The position numbers and the translations under genes are program-made. From contig OY968796.1 of NCBI GenBank assembly GCA_963695545.1, positions 3,456,001 through 3,520,000 of the forward strand: 64,000 nt of DNA, read 5' to 3'. The notes under the pieces were generated by a model. The model saw only the letters and a list, made by a program, of their open reading frames with translations. It was not told the DNA's origin and did no database searches. The stretch comes from Terriglobia bacterium (GTDB lineage Bacteria; Acidobacteriota; Terriglobia; Acidiferrales; UBA7541). Below, one piece after another: positions 30,069 to 40,261 of the stretch (within the stretch, counting starts at the first letter, position 1; the number at the start of each line of letters is the position of its first letter).

Positions 30069-30625
30069 TTGACCGCGGCGCTGGCCTGATCATTCCATCG
30101 TTGAAGGTTCACGCCCTTCACGACGAGCCATAGCATCAGCGATCCTTCCGCCGCGATGCCCAGGATCTCAATGTAAGTGGAAAGACGTTCTGCGCGCGGT
30201 GACATAAAGATCAGCCAACCCAATCCGGCTGACACCATCAGCACCCCCAAAAATCGAGGCAGGAACGTCGACTTCAGGATTAGGTAGCCGATCAGCAGGC
30301 AATACGGCGCGAAAAATACCAGCGAGTTGATTTTGTAAGGCGAGCGATTAAACAGGCCCAGAATATCATTGGCGCATCCCGCGAGGCTGAACAACGCTGC
30401 AAGCAAAGAGAGCGGCCCGCTCACTGGCTTAAACATGTAGTAGAACAACAGCGTCACGCTAACGTAGAACGCGTGCGAAATGATGTTCACTGCGTCGTAC
30501 GCGACAATCCGACTGTGGCCAATGAAGGCCTCCGCGGATATTGCCGTCACAAAATAGAGCAAATAAACAACGCCGGTCATCCTGGCCCTCGGGCCCGGCG
30601 ACGCTTCCATGATCTGTTCCGTCAT
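30065..30625 (-). CDS. DUF4386-like membrane protein
   Basis: ARMTGVVYL...LFYYMFKPV...GYLILKSTFLPRFLG...LWLVVKG pattern. Confidence 0.7.
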   Translation of the reverse strand: MTEQIMEASPGPRARMTGVVYLLYFVTAISAEAFIGHSRIVAYDAVNIISHAFYVSVTLLFYYMFKPVSGPLSLLAALFSLAGCANDILGLFNRSPYKINSLVFFAPYCLLIGYLILKSTFLPRFLGVLMVSAGLGWLIFMSPRAERLSTYIEILGIAAEGSLMLWLVVKGVNLQRWNDQASAAVK

Positions 30626-30834
30626 TTCATGCCGTCCAGGGGGGAACGCTTCTGCCTATGTTGTACCACCGATCGATCGGACGCGCGGATCGTTCCCGAT
30701 AAGTCGGGTTACCGGAGAAGTGGATTCCATATGCACGGTAAGCGCGGCTTAACCAAGCGTAGTCGGGCAAACGCACGGCGAAACGAAGCCTCGATATCGA
30801 ACGGACCCGATGCCCTTCATTCGACGCTGGGAAA

Positions 30835-31536
30835 TCAGCGCGCAAGCCACCGGAAAGCCCGCTCCACAAACGGTTTCGCATTCTCAGTCACGCACGGGCC
30901 ATGAGCGATGATCAGCTTATCGAAATCCCATGAGAGCAGCTTTTCAAGCGATCGCCGTGCGAGATTTCGATTCGTGAAGGTCAGTCTGATATCCAGTCCA
31001 ACGCCGCCGTGCGGAGCTGCCACGCCCTCCAGTTTGAATAGAAGATTGCGAAATGGCTTACCCTTCACCCTGGCGTGAATTTGGATTAAGTCATCCAATA
31101 TCACCGTCCCGGACTGCTTGTGAAAGAAAAGCACTTCATCGAGCAGACGATTTCCTGTGAAGACCAATTGGTCAAGGTCGTCGGCCCAGGCCCGAGGCGT
31201 CTCATCTCCCAGAACGCCCTTTAAGGGGAGCGGTCGCTTTTTCAACGTCAGAAGCGTGCTTCGCGACGACCAGAGTTGCGCCTCGGGGAACATCGCATGC
31301 CAGGCGTCCAGCCTCCAGAAGTGCCTCGGCGTCGCCGCAATGAGATATCGAACCGGCCCCAACTCAGCGATGCGTTTGAGCGTATCCGACGCCACCGATA
31401 CCGGGGAATCCACCCATATTGACCCATCGGAGAGCCGCACCAGCGTCATGCGAGTGGTAAAGGTGAAGCCCATGTCGCGGACATCCGGACCTTCAACGAT
31501 CCACACGTTTTTCGCGAACCGTTGAAGTCCTGGCAT
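30835..31536 (-). CDS. DUF4336-like (metallo-hydrolase-like fold) protein
   Basis: TRMTLVRLSDG, LGPVRYLIA, EVLFFHKQSGT, WDFDKLIIAHG. Confidence 0.75.
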   Translation of the reverse strand: MPGLQRFAKNVWIVEGPDVRDMGFTFTTRMTLVRLSDGSIWVDSPVSVASDTLKRIAELGPVRYLIAATPRHFWRLDAWHAMFPEAQLWSSRSTLLTLKKRPLPLKGVLGDETPRAWADDLDQLVFTGNRLLDEVLFFHKQSGTVILDDLIQIHARVKGKPFRNLLFKLEGVAAPHGGVGLDIRLTFTNRNLARRSLEKLLSWDFDKLIIAHGPCVTENAKPFVERAFRWLAR

Positions 31537-31733
31537 CGTGCACTCGAACCCAAACTTGTGCGTTACTCAATCGCTGGCCGAAGCAATCGGTCCGCTTCAA
31601 GGTTTACGCCAAGTTTGATTGCCGGGCAACTGCCGAGTGGATCGTACGTGTGATTCCACTTCTCCGGTAAGCGCGTTAATCAGGGCTAACGCGTCTAGGC
31701 TAGCCAACGCGGACCGAGGCGACGATGAGTGAG

Positions 31734-32267
31734 TTAGGAAGCTGTCGTGCGTGCGGTGCCGGGAACGAAAGCAAGGCGCGCTCCAACGGCATACGCGGCC
31801 GAGGTGTAAAACGGCAGCGTAATAAGAACCTGATCGAAGCAGCTGTTCTTCACCTGGCAGCCCCGACCGAAATAGTGTGTTAACCAAGTCTGATTCGTGC
31901 CCGACCAAAGTAGGGAGGAAGTGATGCCGGGCGCGAGGGTCGGAATCGCGATGACTGCGTAAAACAGGAATAAGGCAGGAAGTACCCAAACCCAAGTCAT
32001 CACCCTATCGCCGAGGCGGCGGCCCAGGAACCATCCTAGATAAATCGCCGCAAGTATCTGCACAGGAAAATACGGCCTGTACTCGAATACCCGATACCAA
32101 ACCCCTGCGGGATACCGCGAAGGTATAGCGCGTAGAATCGGCGACAAGAAAGCGGCGCCTAATTGCACAAGGAGGAGGACTCCTGCGGTACTGATGATCT
32201 GATGCATGAGAAAAACCAACAGCGTTCTCAGCCTGGAAGTAGCGTCGCTTGCACTGTGGTCCTTCAC
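31734..32267 (-). CDS. Hypothetical membrane protein
   Basis: 177-aa ORF with about 4 hydrophobic segments and lower GC than its neighbours. Confidence 0.5.
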   Translation of the reverse strand: MKDHSASDATSRLRTLLVFLMHQIISTAGVLLLVQLGAAFLSPILRAIPSRYPAGVWYRVFEYRPYFPVQILAAIYLGWFLGRRLGDRVMTWVWVLPALFLFYAVIAIPTLAPGITSSLLWSGTNQTWLTHYFGRGCQVKNSCFDQVLITLPFYTSAAYAVGARLAFVPGTARTTAS

Positions 32268-32489
32268 GAGAAACCGACTTCCGTCTGGTGCCCCGCTTCG
32301 TGACTCTTGAACCGCGTAAGTGTGCGGGAGCCCCAGATTGATTTCGAGCGTTCGTTAACCCGCCGCCACTTCGCCAGCGCACCCAAAGAGCGCCGAGATG
32401 TTGGCCTACAGTTCTTGGGCGCGTCAAGAAATGATAAGTCGGATTACCGGACAAGTGAGCCGAAGCGATCGCACACGATCACGTCGCCC

Positions 32490-32518
32490 TTGACCGCACA
32501 GGACAGTTCTGCTATACT
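32490..32518 (+). promoter_or_regulatory. Near-consensus sigma70 promoter with extended -10
   Basis: TTGACC-N17-TATACT with TG immediately before the -10 (TGcTATACT). Confidence 0.7.
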
Positions 32519-32808
32519 CCTCCGTGTTCCCGCAAATCAATTCGAATTCTTCCGCACCACACCCTGCTGTGCTTCCGGACTTTATCGTGCCCCGATTTTT
32601 CCGCCATAATATGCGCGCTTGTTTGCATCAAAGTGCCCGTGCAACCCGTTTATTCTCAAACAATTACAAAAGAGTGCGCAACTCATTCATTCAAGACGCT
32701 TTTAACTCCCCGTCTTTTCACACTCATCCGCACTCTTCTCCTGGAAGTCCATATTTATGAGCAACTTAACAAAAACATACCGGGGGTGTATAGGCAATAC
32801 CGCGTCGT

Positions 32809-32825
32809 CATAACGTCTAGTTATG
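32809..32825. promoter_or_regulatory. LysR-type operator (T-N11-A dyad) upstream of leuC
   Basis: CATAAC-gtcta-GTTATG perfect dyad about 100 bp before the leuC start. Confidence 0.55.
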
Positions 32826-32927
32826 CTTGCCGGAAGAAATATAAATTGGACTTAGTCCTTCGCGAGGCTCAAAATACGCATCTCGGGCGGCTAAAGACCC
32901 CCCGACGCGCACAAGACGACCAATCAC

Positions 32928-34353
<1,426 letters not shown>

Positions 34354-34355
<2 letters not shown>

Positions 34356-34419
34356 TTTTGATTTTGGTTTTGATTTTAATTTTGATTCGGAATTATGTAG
34401 CGGAGGCCTTCAGGCCTCC
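34354..34419. repeat. Degenerate hexamer run plus GTAG-footed REP-like palindrome between leuC and leuD
   Basis: gatttt gatttt ggtttt gatttt aatttt gatt, then GTAG-c-GGAGGCCT-tc-AGGCCTCC. Confidence 0.6.
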
Positions 34420-34455
34420 AGCCTTTCGCTGCTGGAATGAATTGGTGGGGTGAAC

Positions 34456-35103
34456 ATGCACGCATTTACAAAACACACCGGCATCGTGATGCCCATGGAT
34501 CGCGTCAACGTTGACACCGATCAAATCACTCCCAAACAATTCATCAAATGGATCACGCGCGAAGGCTACGGCCGCGTGCTGTTCTACGACTGGCGCTATC
34601 TTCCCGGCGAAAAACCAAATCCCGATTTCGTCCTGAATTTCCCGCGCTACAAAGGCGCATCCGTAATGCTCGCGCGCGCCAATTTCGGCTGCGGCTCGAG
34701 CCGCGAACATGCCCCCTGGTCCCTCGCCGATTATGGTTTCCGCGCCATCATCGCCCCCAGCTACGCCGACATTTTCTATAACAATTGCTTCCAGAACGGC
34801 ATCCTCCCCGTAATTCTCCCCGATGCGCAAGTGGACGAACTATTCCGCAAAACCGAATCCACTCCCGGCTACCAACTCACCGTCGATCTCCCCGAGCAAA
34901 CCGTGTCCGACGCAACCGGCATTCGTTTCCCGTTCGAGGTCAACGCCTTCCGCAAACATTCCTTACTCGAAGGCCTGGATGAAATCGGCCTGACCCTAAA
35001 ACACGTCGACGCCATCTCCGCCTTCGAGAATTCGCACCACCCCAGCGCCGCCCAACAATCCGGCTCGGTCGATTTCAAGGATTTCGTCCACTCAAAGAAT
35101 TGA
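34456..35103 (+). CDS. leuD: 3-isopropylmalate dehydratase small subunit
   Basis: [40 protein letters not shown]. Confidence 0.97.
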   Translation: MHAFTKHTGIVMPMDRVNVDTDQITPKQFIKWITREGYGRVLFYDWRYLPGEKPNPDFVLNFPRYKGASVMLARANFGCGSSREHAPWSLADYGFRAIIAPSYADIFYNNCFQNGILPVILPDAQVDELFRKTESTPGYQLTVDLPEQTVSDATGIRFPFEVNAFRKHSLLEGLDEIGLTLKHVDAISAFENSHHPSAAQQSGSVDFKDFVHSKN

Positions 35104-35187
35104 AAGAAGACTCGTTAGAAGAATTGATGAAAGAAGTGAGATGCGATCTTTTGCCGCTGCCGCCGCCTTTCGCTCTTCGCTCGCGTG

Positions 35188-36120
35188 CTACGCAGGTGGA
35201 CCGCCCAACGGCTCCGCCGATTCCATCGCCGAGCTTGCCGGCGGCGCGCCGGAGGCTTTGATTTCCGCCAACAAAATCCCCGCGAGAATCAGCGCCGCGC
35301 CAGTAAGCGCGCGCCCACCCAGTCGTTCGCCCTGGAAAATCCGCGAGGTCACCGCCGTCACCACTGGCTCGAGCGCGAATATCAGTGCCGCGTGCGTCGC
35401 GGTGGTGAATTGCTGCGCCCAGAACTGCACTGAAAATGCGATCGCGGTCGTGAACACCGCCGTGATCGAGACTCCCAATTCAAACGCCAGACTCCAATGC
35501 AAACGCGCGGGCTGCAACCCGCTCGCGGAAACAATCGGCAGCGCGCACAGCGAGCACGCCGCCACGGTCGCGATTTGCAAACACGCAATCGCTCCGCCTT
35601 TGTGCCGCGCACCGTACAGACTCGCGAATATAATTTGCAGCGCGAATCCCACCGCCCCGATCAAAACCAGAAAATCCCCGAGCACCAGCGTTTGCCTCGC
35701 GCCGCCCGGCACCGTCAGCAAATACAATCCCGCAAATGCCGCGGCCACGCCGGCCCAGACCGCCGCGCCGACGCGCCGCCCCCAGAAAATCATCAGCAGG
35801 ATCGGCACCATGGCCACGCTCGAGCCGGTGATGAACGCGCACTTCGACGGTGTGGTCGTCACCAACCCCCACGTTTGGAAGACGTATCCGCTGAAGAGCG
35901 ATACGCCGATGATCAGCCCGTCGCGCAATTCTCTGCGATCGACCTTGCCGAGCGCGCGCCAGAAAAGCGGAATCATCACCAGCGCGCCCAGCGTGAAGCG
36001 CACCGCCATGAATACAAAAACGGACGAATCCGTGAGCGCGTTCTTCACGATGATGAACGTAGCGCCCCACATGATCGAGCAAACCACCAGCGAAAGATCG
36101 GCTTGTACGCGGCGATTCAT
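35188..36120 (-). CDS. DMT/EamA family transporter
   Basis: About 10 TM segments; WGATF..VK, RFTLGAL, ALIFALEPV. Confidence 0.9.
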   Translation of the reverse strand: MNRRVQADLSLVVCSIMWGATFIIVKNALTDSSVFVFMAVRFTLGALVMIPLFWRALGKVDRRELRDGLIIGVSLFSGYVFQTWGLVTTTPSKCAFITGSSVAMVPILLMIFWGRRVGAAVWAGVAAAFAGLYLLTVPGGARQTLVLGDFLVLIGAVGFALQIIFASLYGARHKGGAIACLQIATVAACSLCALPIVSASGLQPARLHWSLAFELGVSITAVFTTAIAFSVQFWAQQFTTATHAALIFALEPVVTAVTSRIFQGERLGGRALTGAALILAGILLAEIKASGAPPASSAMESAEPLGGPPA

Positions 36121-36180
36121 CGGCGTTGTTTCAGTCGGAAGATTCTAGCGTAGGAAGGAAGAATCAATAAGCGCGGGGCG

Positions 36181-37473
36181 TCAGGGAGCAAGCCCCGCCG
36201 CGCCAACGATCGTGAGCAGCACGCGCTGCAATCCCATCACGCGCCCCGTCGGATCGTACCATTCTTCCGTCGTGTGCGCCCCGCCGGCGGTTCCGCCGCA
36301 GCCGATGGAAATCGCCGGAATGCCGAGCGAAAGAGGAATGTTGGCGTCGGTGGAAACGCGCTCGTGACGCGATTGATTACCGAGCGCGCGATCCGCATCG
36401 TCAAGCGCGGCGAGCAGCGGCGAATTGTCAGGCAATTCCCCGCCCGGCCGCGAGCCGACCAAATTGACTTCGACGTTGAGCGGAGTCGAAGCCATACCGC
36501 GCGCACGCGCCGCGGCCATTTCGTCGGCCACTGCCGCTTGCACGTCGGCGCGCAGCTCGCGCTCAAGACGCGCAAGCTCGGTGTCGGATTCCGAACGCAG
36601 ATCCACGCTCATCGAAGCGCGCTCGGGAATCGCGTTCACCGAAGTGCCGCCTTCGATGCGCCCGACGTTGAATGTCGTGCGCGGATCCGTAGGAACTTGT
36701 GTGTCGGCGAGCTTTGTGATCGCGCGGCCGAGCGCGTGAATCGGATTGGGCACGCCGAAGTCGGACCAACTGTGCCCGCCGGGACCGGTGACGATCACGT
36801 CGAAGCGTCGCGATGGCAGCGCGGCGGTCGCGACGTAATCCGTCGCCGCGCCATCGAGCGCGATCACGGCGCGCAAACGGCTGCGATATTCATCCACGAG
36901 CGCGCGCACGCCGCGAAGATTTCCTTCGCCCTCTTCGCCGACGTCAGCCACAAGAAGAATCGTCGCGCGCGTCTCAACCTTCGCGTCGCGCAGCGCGCGC
37001 GCCACGGCCACAATCGTTGCGAGCCCCGTGCCGTTGTCGGAAATTCCGGGCGCCAGAAGGCGCGTGCCTTCATGCCGCACCGTGACATTCGTACCCGCGG
37101 GGAAAACCGTATCGAGATGCGCCGTCACCAGCACGATGCCCGCGTCGTCGCTCCTCGCTGCGCCGGGCGCGGCCGACGCGCCCGGACGTTCGCCGATGAC
37201 GTTGCCGACCGAATCCATGTGCACGTCAAGCCCCGCCGCGGAGAGAAGTTGTTTCAGATACGCGGCGCGTGTGCCTTCTCCGAACGGCGGAGCGGGAACT
37301 TCCGTGATGCGCACCTGCTCGTCGGTCGTTTCGTTCGCCGATTGCGCGAGCAATTCCATCGCGCGGGCCACGCGCGGATCGGTAGCGACGCCGCTCGCCT
37401 GTGGGCCGCCGGATTGGCGTGCGAGCGACGCGCGGGCAGACGAAGTGCGCGACGATGTCGAAACGAATGCCAC
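36181..37473 (-). CDS. M20/M25/M40 family metallopeptidase
   Basis: AHLDTVFP, PGISDN, GEEGEGNLRG, GPGGHSW, STDAN, GGAHT. Confidence 0.9.
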   Translation of the reverse strand: MAFVSTSSRTSSARASLARQSGGPQASGVATDPRVARAMELLAQSANETTDEQVRITEVPAPPFGEGTRAAYLKQLLSAAGLDVHMDSVGNVIGERPGASAAPGAARSDDAGIVLVTAHLDTVFPAGTNVTVRHEGTRLLAPGISDNGTGLATIVAVARALRDAKVETRATILLVADVGEEGEGNLRGVRALVDEYRSRLRAVIALDGAATDYVATAALPSRRFDVIVTGPGGHSWSDFGVPNPIHALGRAITKLADTQVPTDPRTTFNVGRIEGGTSVNAIPERASMSVDLRSESDTELARLERELRADVQAAVADEMAAARARGMASTPLNVEVNLVGSRPGGELPDNSPLLAALDDADRALGNQSRHERVSTDANIPLSLGIPAISIGCGGTAGGAHTTEEWYDPTGRVMGLQRVLLTIVGAAGLAP

Positions 37474-37706
37474 GACGATAAGAATACAGCAAAACAGTTG
37501 CAGAACCCTGCGCGGAATTGGAAAAAGCGCCCGGTCCGTGTGCCACGAGCGATCTTCGCGGGGCGCGCGAGCGTCGCGGGCACCACGATCGACTTGAAGG
37601 AGACGCCTGGGCGGAAGCTTCTGTTTCGTAAATTTGCTCCTTGGAGAAACTGCGGAGCGCTGGGATTCCGCTCGGCTGAGAATTCGCTAGCAGCTCTGGC
37701 AGCTCG

Positions 37707-38006
37707 CTAGTAATTCAGTGTGTAGCTGTTGGGCATTTGCTGCGGATCGGGCCGGTAGAGCGTTTGGCAAAACTCGCAGCGGTAAATTTCGGCGCCAGGT
37801 CCCACAAGCGCTTCGATTTCTTTCGGATAATCGTACCAACGCTTGAGGTGGCCGGCGCAGAGTTTGCCCTTTTCGTTTTTCTCGTCGCAGGAGCGCTGTT
37901 TGTGTTTTCGGACTTTGATCTTGATTTTTTCTTCAGCCGCGGCCGGCGCTTCGGTGGAAGCGGCTGCGGCGGCAGCGGGGGGTGCGGCGGCGGGCGTATC
38001 AGCCAT
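37707..38006 (-). CDS. Small hypothetical protein, putative zinc-binding
   Basis: GAGGAG RBS; Ala/Pro-rich N-terminus, then SCD...LCAGHLKRW...YRCEFC. Confidence 0.7.
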   Translation of the reverse strand: MADTPAAAPPAAAAAASTEAPAAAEEKIKIKVRKHKQRSCDEKNEKGKLCAGHLKRWYDYPKEIEALVGPGAEIYRCEFCQTLYRPDPQQMPNSYTLNY

Positions 38007-38155
38007 GCGTTCGATCTCTCCTCGAGAATCCGCGTCCACTCAGCGGCGCGCCAGCGACGCAATCGCGCGCAAAGACATTCTATCGCGAACTTGGTTATCG
38101 GCAAGCACGACTGCCACGTCGGGCGGGAGGGCGAGGACGGAGGCGCGCGACAGTC

Positions 38156-38211
38156 CCCCTTGCACTTCGATGGGGAAGGCTGTATGGTGATACCCATCGA
38201 AGTGTAAGGGG
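38156..38211. repeat. 19-bp inverted repeat (one mismatch) overlapping a promoter-like sequence
   Basis: CCCCTTGCACTTCGATGGG-N18-CCCATCGAAGTGTAAGGGG. Confidence 0.75.
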
Positions 38212-38295
38212 AGAGCGTTGACAGTTGACCTGGCGACGAAATTCCACGCGATTCTGCGGGCGATTGAAGTTCGCTCGCAGCGTGGCGGCGATGCG

Positions 38296-39153
38296 TCAAG
38301 CGGCGGGCTCGAGCGGCTCGGCGGGACCGATCGAAGCAGCGGCGTCTGGATATTCGACCGACACCAGGAAGAGGCCTTGCGGAGGAAGCGTTGGGCCGGA
38401 GCGCGAGCGATCGCGCAGCGCGAAAAGTTCGATGACATCGGCGGGAGACAATCGGCCGCGGCCCACGTCTATCAAAGTGCCCGACAATTTGCGAACCATG
38501 TAACGAAGAAACGAACGGCCGCGCACCACGTAGACCCATTCATCCGGTCCGGGGCGCGTGATTCCGAGGGTCGCGAAGGCCGCACTCGGCAAATTCGGGT
38601 CGTCGCCGCGCAGAACTTCGGAGCGAAAGATAACGCGCTCGACGGTGCGATCGCGATCGTCTTCTTCCGAACCGGTGGACGCAGCGAAGGAAGTGAAATC
38701 GTGCGCGCCCTCAAAAAGCTGTGCGGCTTCGCTCATGGCGTCGAAATCGAGCGGGAACGGATCGTGCAGTACATAACGCCAGAGGAACGGCGGCAGAACA
38801 CGGCCGCGATACACGCGGTAGCAATATGTTTTCGCAAGCGCCTGCCAACGCGCGTGAAAATCCGGCGCCGCGCTTTCGGCGGCAACAACTCGAATTTCGC
38901 GAGGGAGAAGCGCGTTGAGCGCGCGCTGAAATTCTTCGGGCGCGAGCGAGGATTGAGCTCTGAAATGCGCGACCTGTCCCAGTGCGTGCACGCCAGCGTC
39001 GGTGCGACCGGCGGCATGCACGGTCACATGCTCTTGCGTGATCCGACCCACGACGTCGCTGAGCGCGGACTGGATCGTGGATTGGCCGGGCTGCGTTTGC
39101 CAGCCGTGGAAATCGGTGCCGTCGTAGGCCAGCGTGAGCTTGATATTCTGCAT
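38296..39153 (-). CDS. truA: tRNA pseudouridine(38-40) synthase
   Basis: AYDGTDFHGWQ, AGRTDAGVHALGQ, G.HDF.SF, SFLRYMVR, GLFL. Confidence 0.96.
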   Translation of the reverse strand: MQNIKLTLAYDGTDFHGWQTQPGQSTIQSALSDVVGRITQEHVTVHAAGRTDAGVHALGQVAHFRAQSSLAPEEFQRALNALLPREIRVVAAESAAPDFHARWQALAKTYCYRVYRGRVLPPFLWRYVLHDPFPLDFDAMSEAAQLFEGAHDFTSFAASTGSEEDDRDRTVERVIFRSEVLRGDDPNLPSAAFATLGITRPGPDEWVYVVRGRSFLRYMVRKLSGTLIDVGRGRLSPADVIELFALRDRSRSGPTLPPQGLFLVSVEYPDAAASIGPAEPLEPAA

Positions 39154-39217
39154 GTGGCGAAATTATCACACGGCGAGGCGCGCGGAAGATGATGACCCAA
39201 ACCGCGGCTTCCCGACG

Positions 39218-39835
39218 CTAGGGCGCGCTGCGCTGGTGCCGGCTGCCGGGGCGCACGGGCACGCCGCCGGCAAGGCACAAGGGGCACTCTTCGGCGGGGA
39301 AACTATCGATATGCAGATCGAGCAACGCGCGCGCGGGAACCGGAAATTCGATTTCACCGGCGCTGCGGTCAATCAACGCGCCGACCGCGACGACGCGTCC
39401 GCCGGCTTCTTCGATGACGTGGATGGTCTCGAGCGTCGATCCGCCGGTGGTCCACACGTCTTCGACCACGGCAACGCGCTCGCCCGACGCTACGCTGAAT
39501 CCGCGGCGAAGCGTGAGAATTCCAGCGGAATCGCGCTCCGCGAAAATGGCGCGCACGGTTCGATCTCCGGCGGAGGCGGGCAATCCCCGCGCGACTTCTT
39601 GCCCCACAACGATTCCGCCGATGGCCGGAGAGGCGACACATTCGACGCCCAGCCCGTCTAAGCGGGAGGCCAGCTCGCGCCCCAATCGCTCGGCGAGCGC
39701 CGGGTGCTGAAGCACAAGCGCGCATTGGACGTAGGTGCCGCTATGCAGACCGGAGGACAACACAAAATGGCCCTGGCGGATCGCGCCGACCGACTCGAAC
39801 ACGCTGGAGATTTCAGCCGATGACATCGTTGCCAT
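39218..39835 (-). CDS. pyrE: Orotate phosphoribosyltransferase
   Basis: GHFVLSSGLHS..Y, VVEDVWTTGGS PRPP motif, KPGSR-like C-terminus. Start trimmed from 40750. Confidence 0.93.
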   Translation of the reverse strand: MATMSSAEISSVFESVGAIRQGHFVLSSGLHSGTYVQCALVLQHPALAERLGRELASRLDGLGVECVASPAIGGIVVGQEVARGLPASAGDRTVRAIFAERDSAGILTLRRGFSVASGERVAVVEDVWTTGGSTLETIHVIEEAGGRVVAVGALIDRSAGEIEFPVPARALLDLHIDSFPAEECPLCLAGGVPVRPGSRHQRSAP

Positions 39836-40105
39836 AATCGCTCGAGTTCGGCGGGCTCTGTCCAATGCATAGAGTCCGCGTCCGGGGCATTCCTTAGGGC
39901 CCGCGCGGGCTATTCGGCACACGCGAGGCACGGCGTAGCCTAAAGGCCGGCGTCGCCGGTTGTCAAGAATGCGCAGGTGTCCTCGACATTGCAAGGCGGG
40001 CGCGGTTAGACTCGTTGGCCAAACATTACTCTTGTTCCGGTTGGCTCCAAGCAGGGCGCGCGTTGGGGTGGACGGGGGTCGAGCGCGCCGAAATCTGCAG
40101 AAAAG

Positions 40106-40131
40106 TGAAACAAAATCGCACTTCGAGCGTT
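40106..40131 (+). promoter_or_regulatory. Putative ECF-sigma promoter upstream of the TolC-family gene
   Basis: TGAAAC-N16-CGTT. Confidence 0.45.
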
Positions 40132-40261
40132 GTAAGAGAATGGTGCGCTTGTACTTCCGCTGCGACAGTTTCAAATTCTGGCGGGGTCGAATCGATTGCG
40201 GGTTCTGAGTACGGCCGCCATCGATAGGTCTCGAAATCGTCTGAGTGAGAGGTAACGACCA

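Noticed and set aside
32633..32927. Possible leucine attenuator peptide upstream of leuC
   Set aside because: No short Leu-rich ORF with terminator/antiterminator architecture; the Leu-containing frame runs on into leuC out of frame.
36274..37710. 478-aa + strand ORF (also 15973-17166, 35141-36148 and 59599-60552)
   Set aside because: These lie antisense to well-supported genes and have no motifs; such shadow ORFs are typical of high-GC DNA.
38218..39192. 324-aa + strand ORF with an RBS-like sequence
   Set aside because: Almost entirely antisense to truA with no recognisable domain; only its promoter region is reported.
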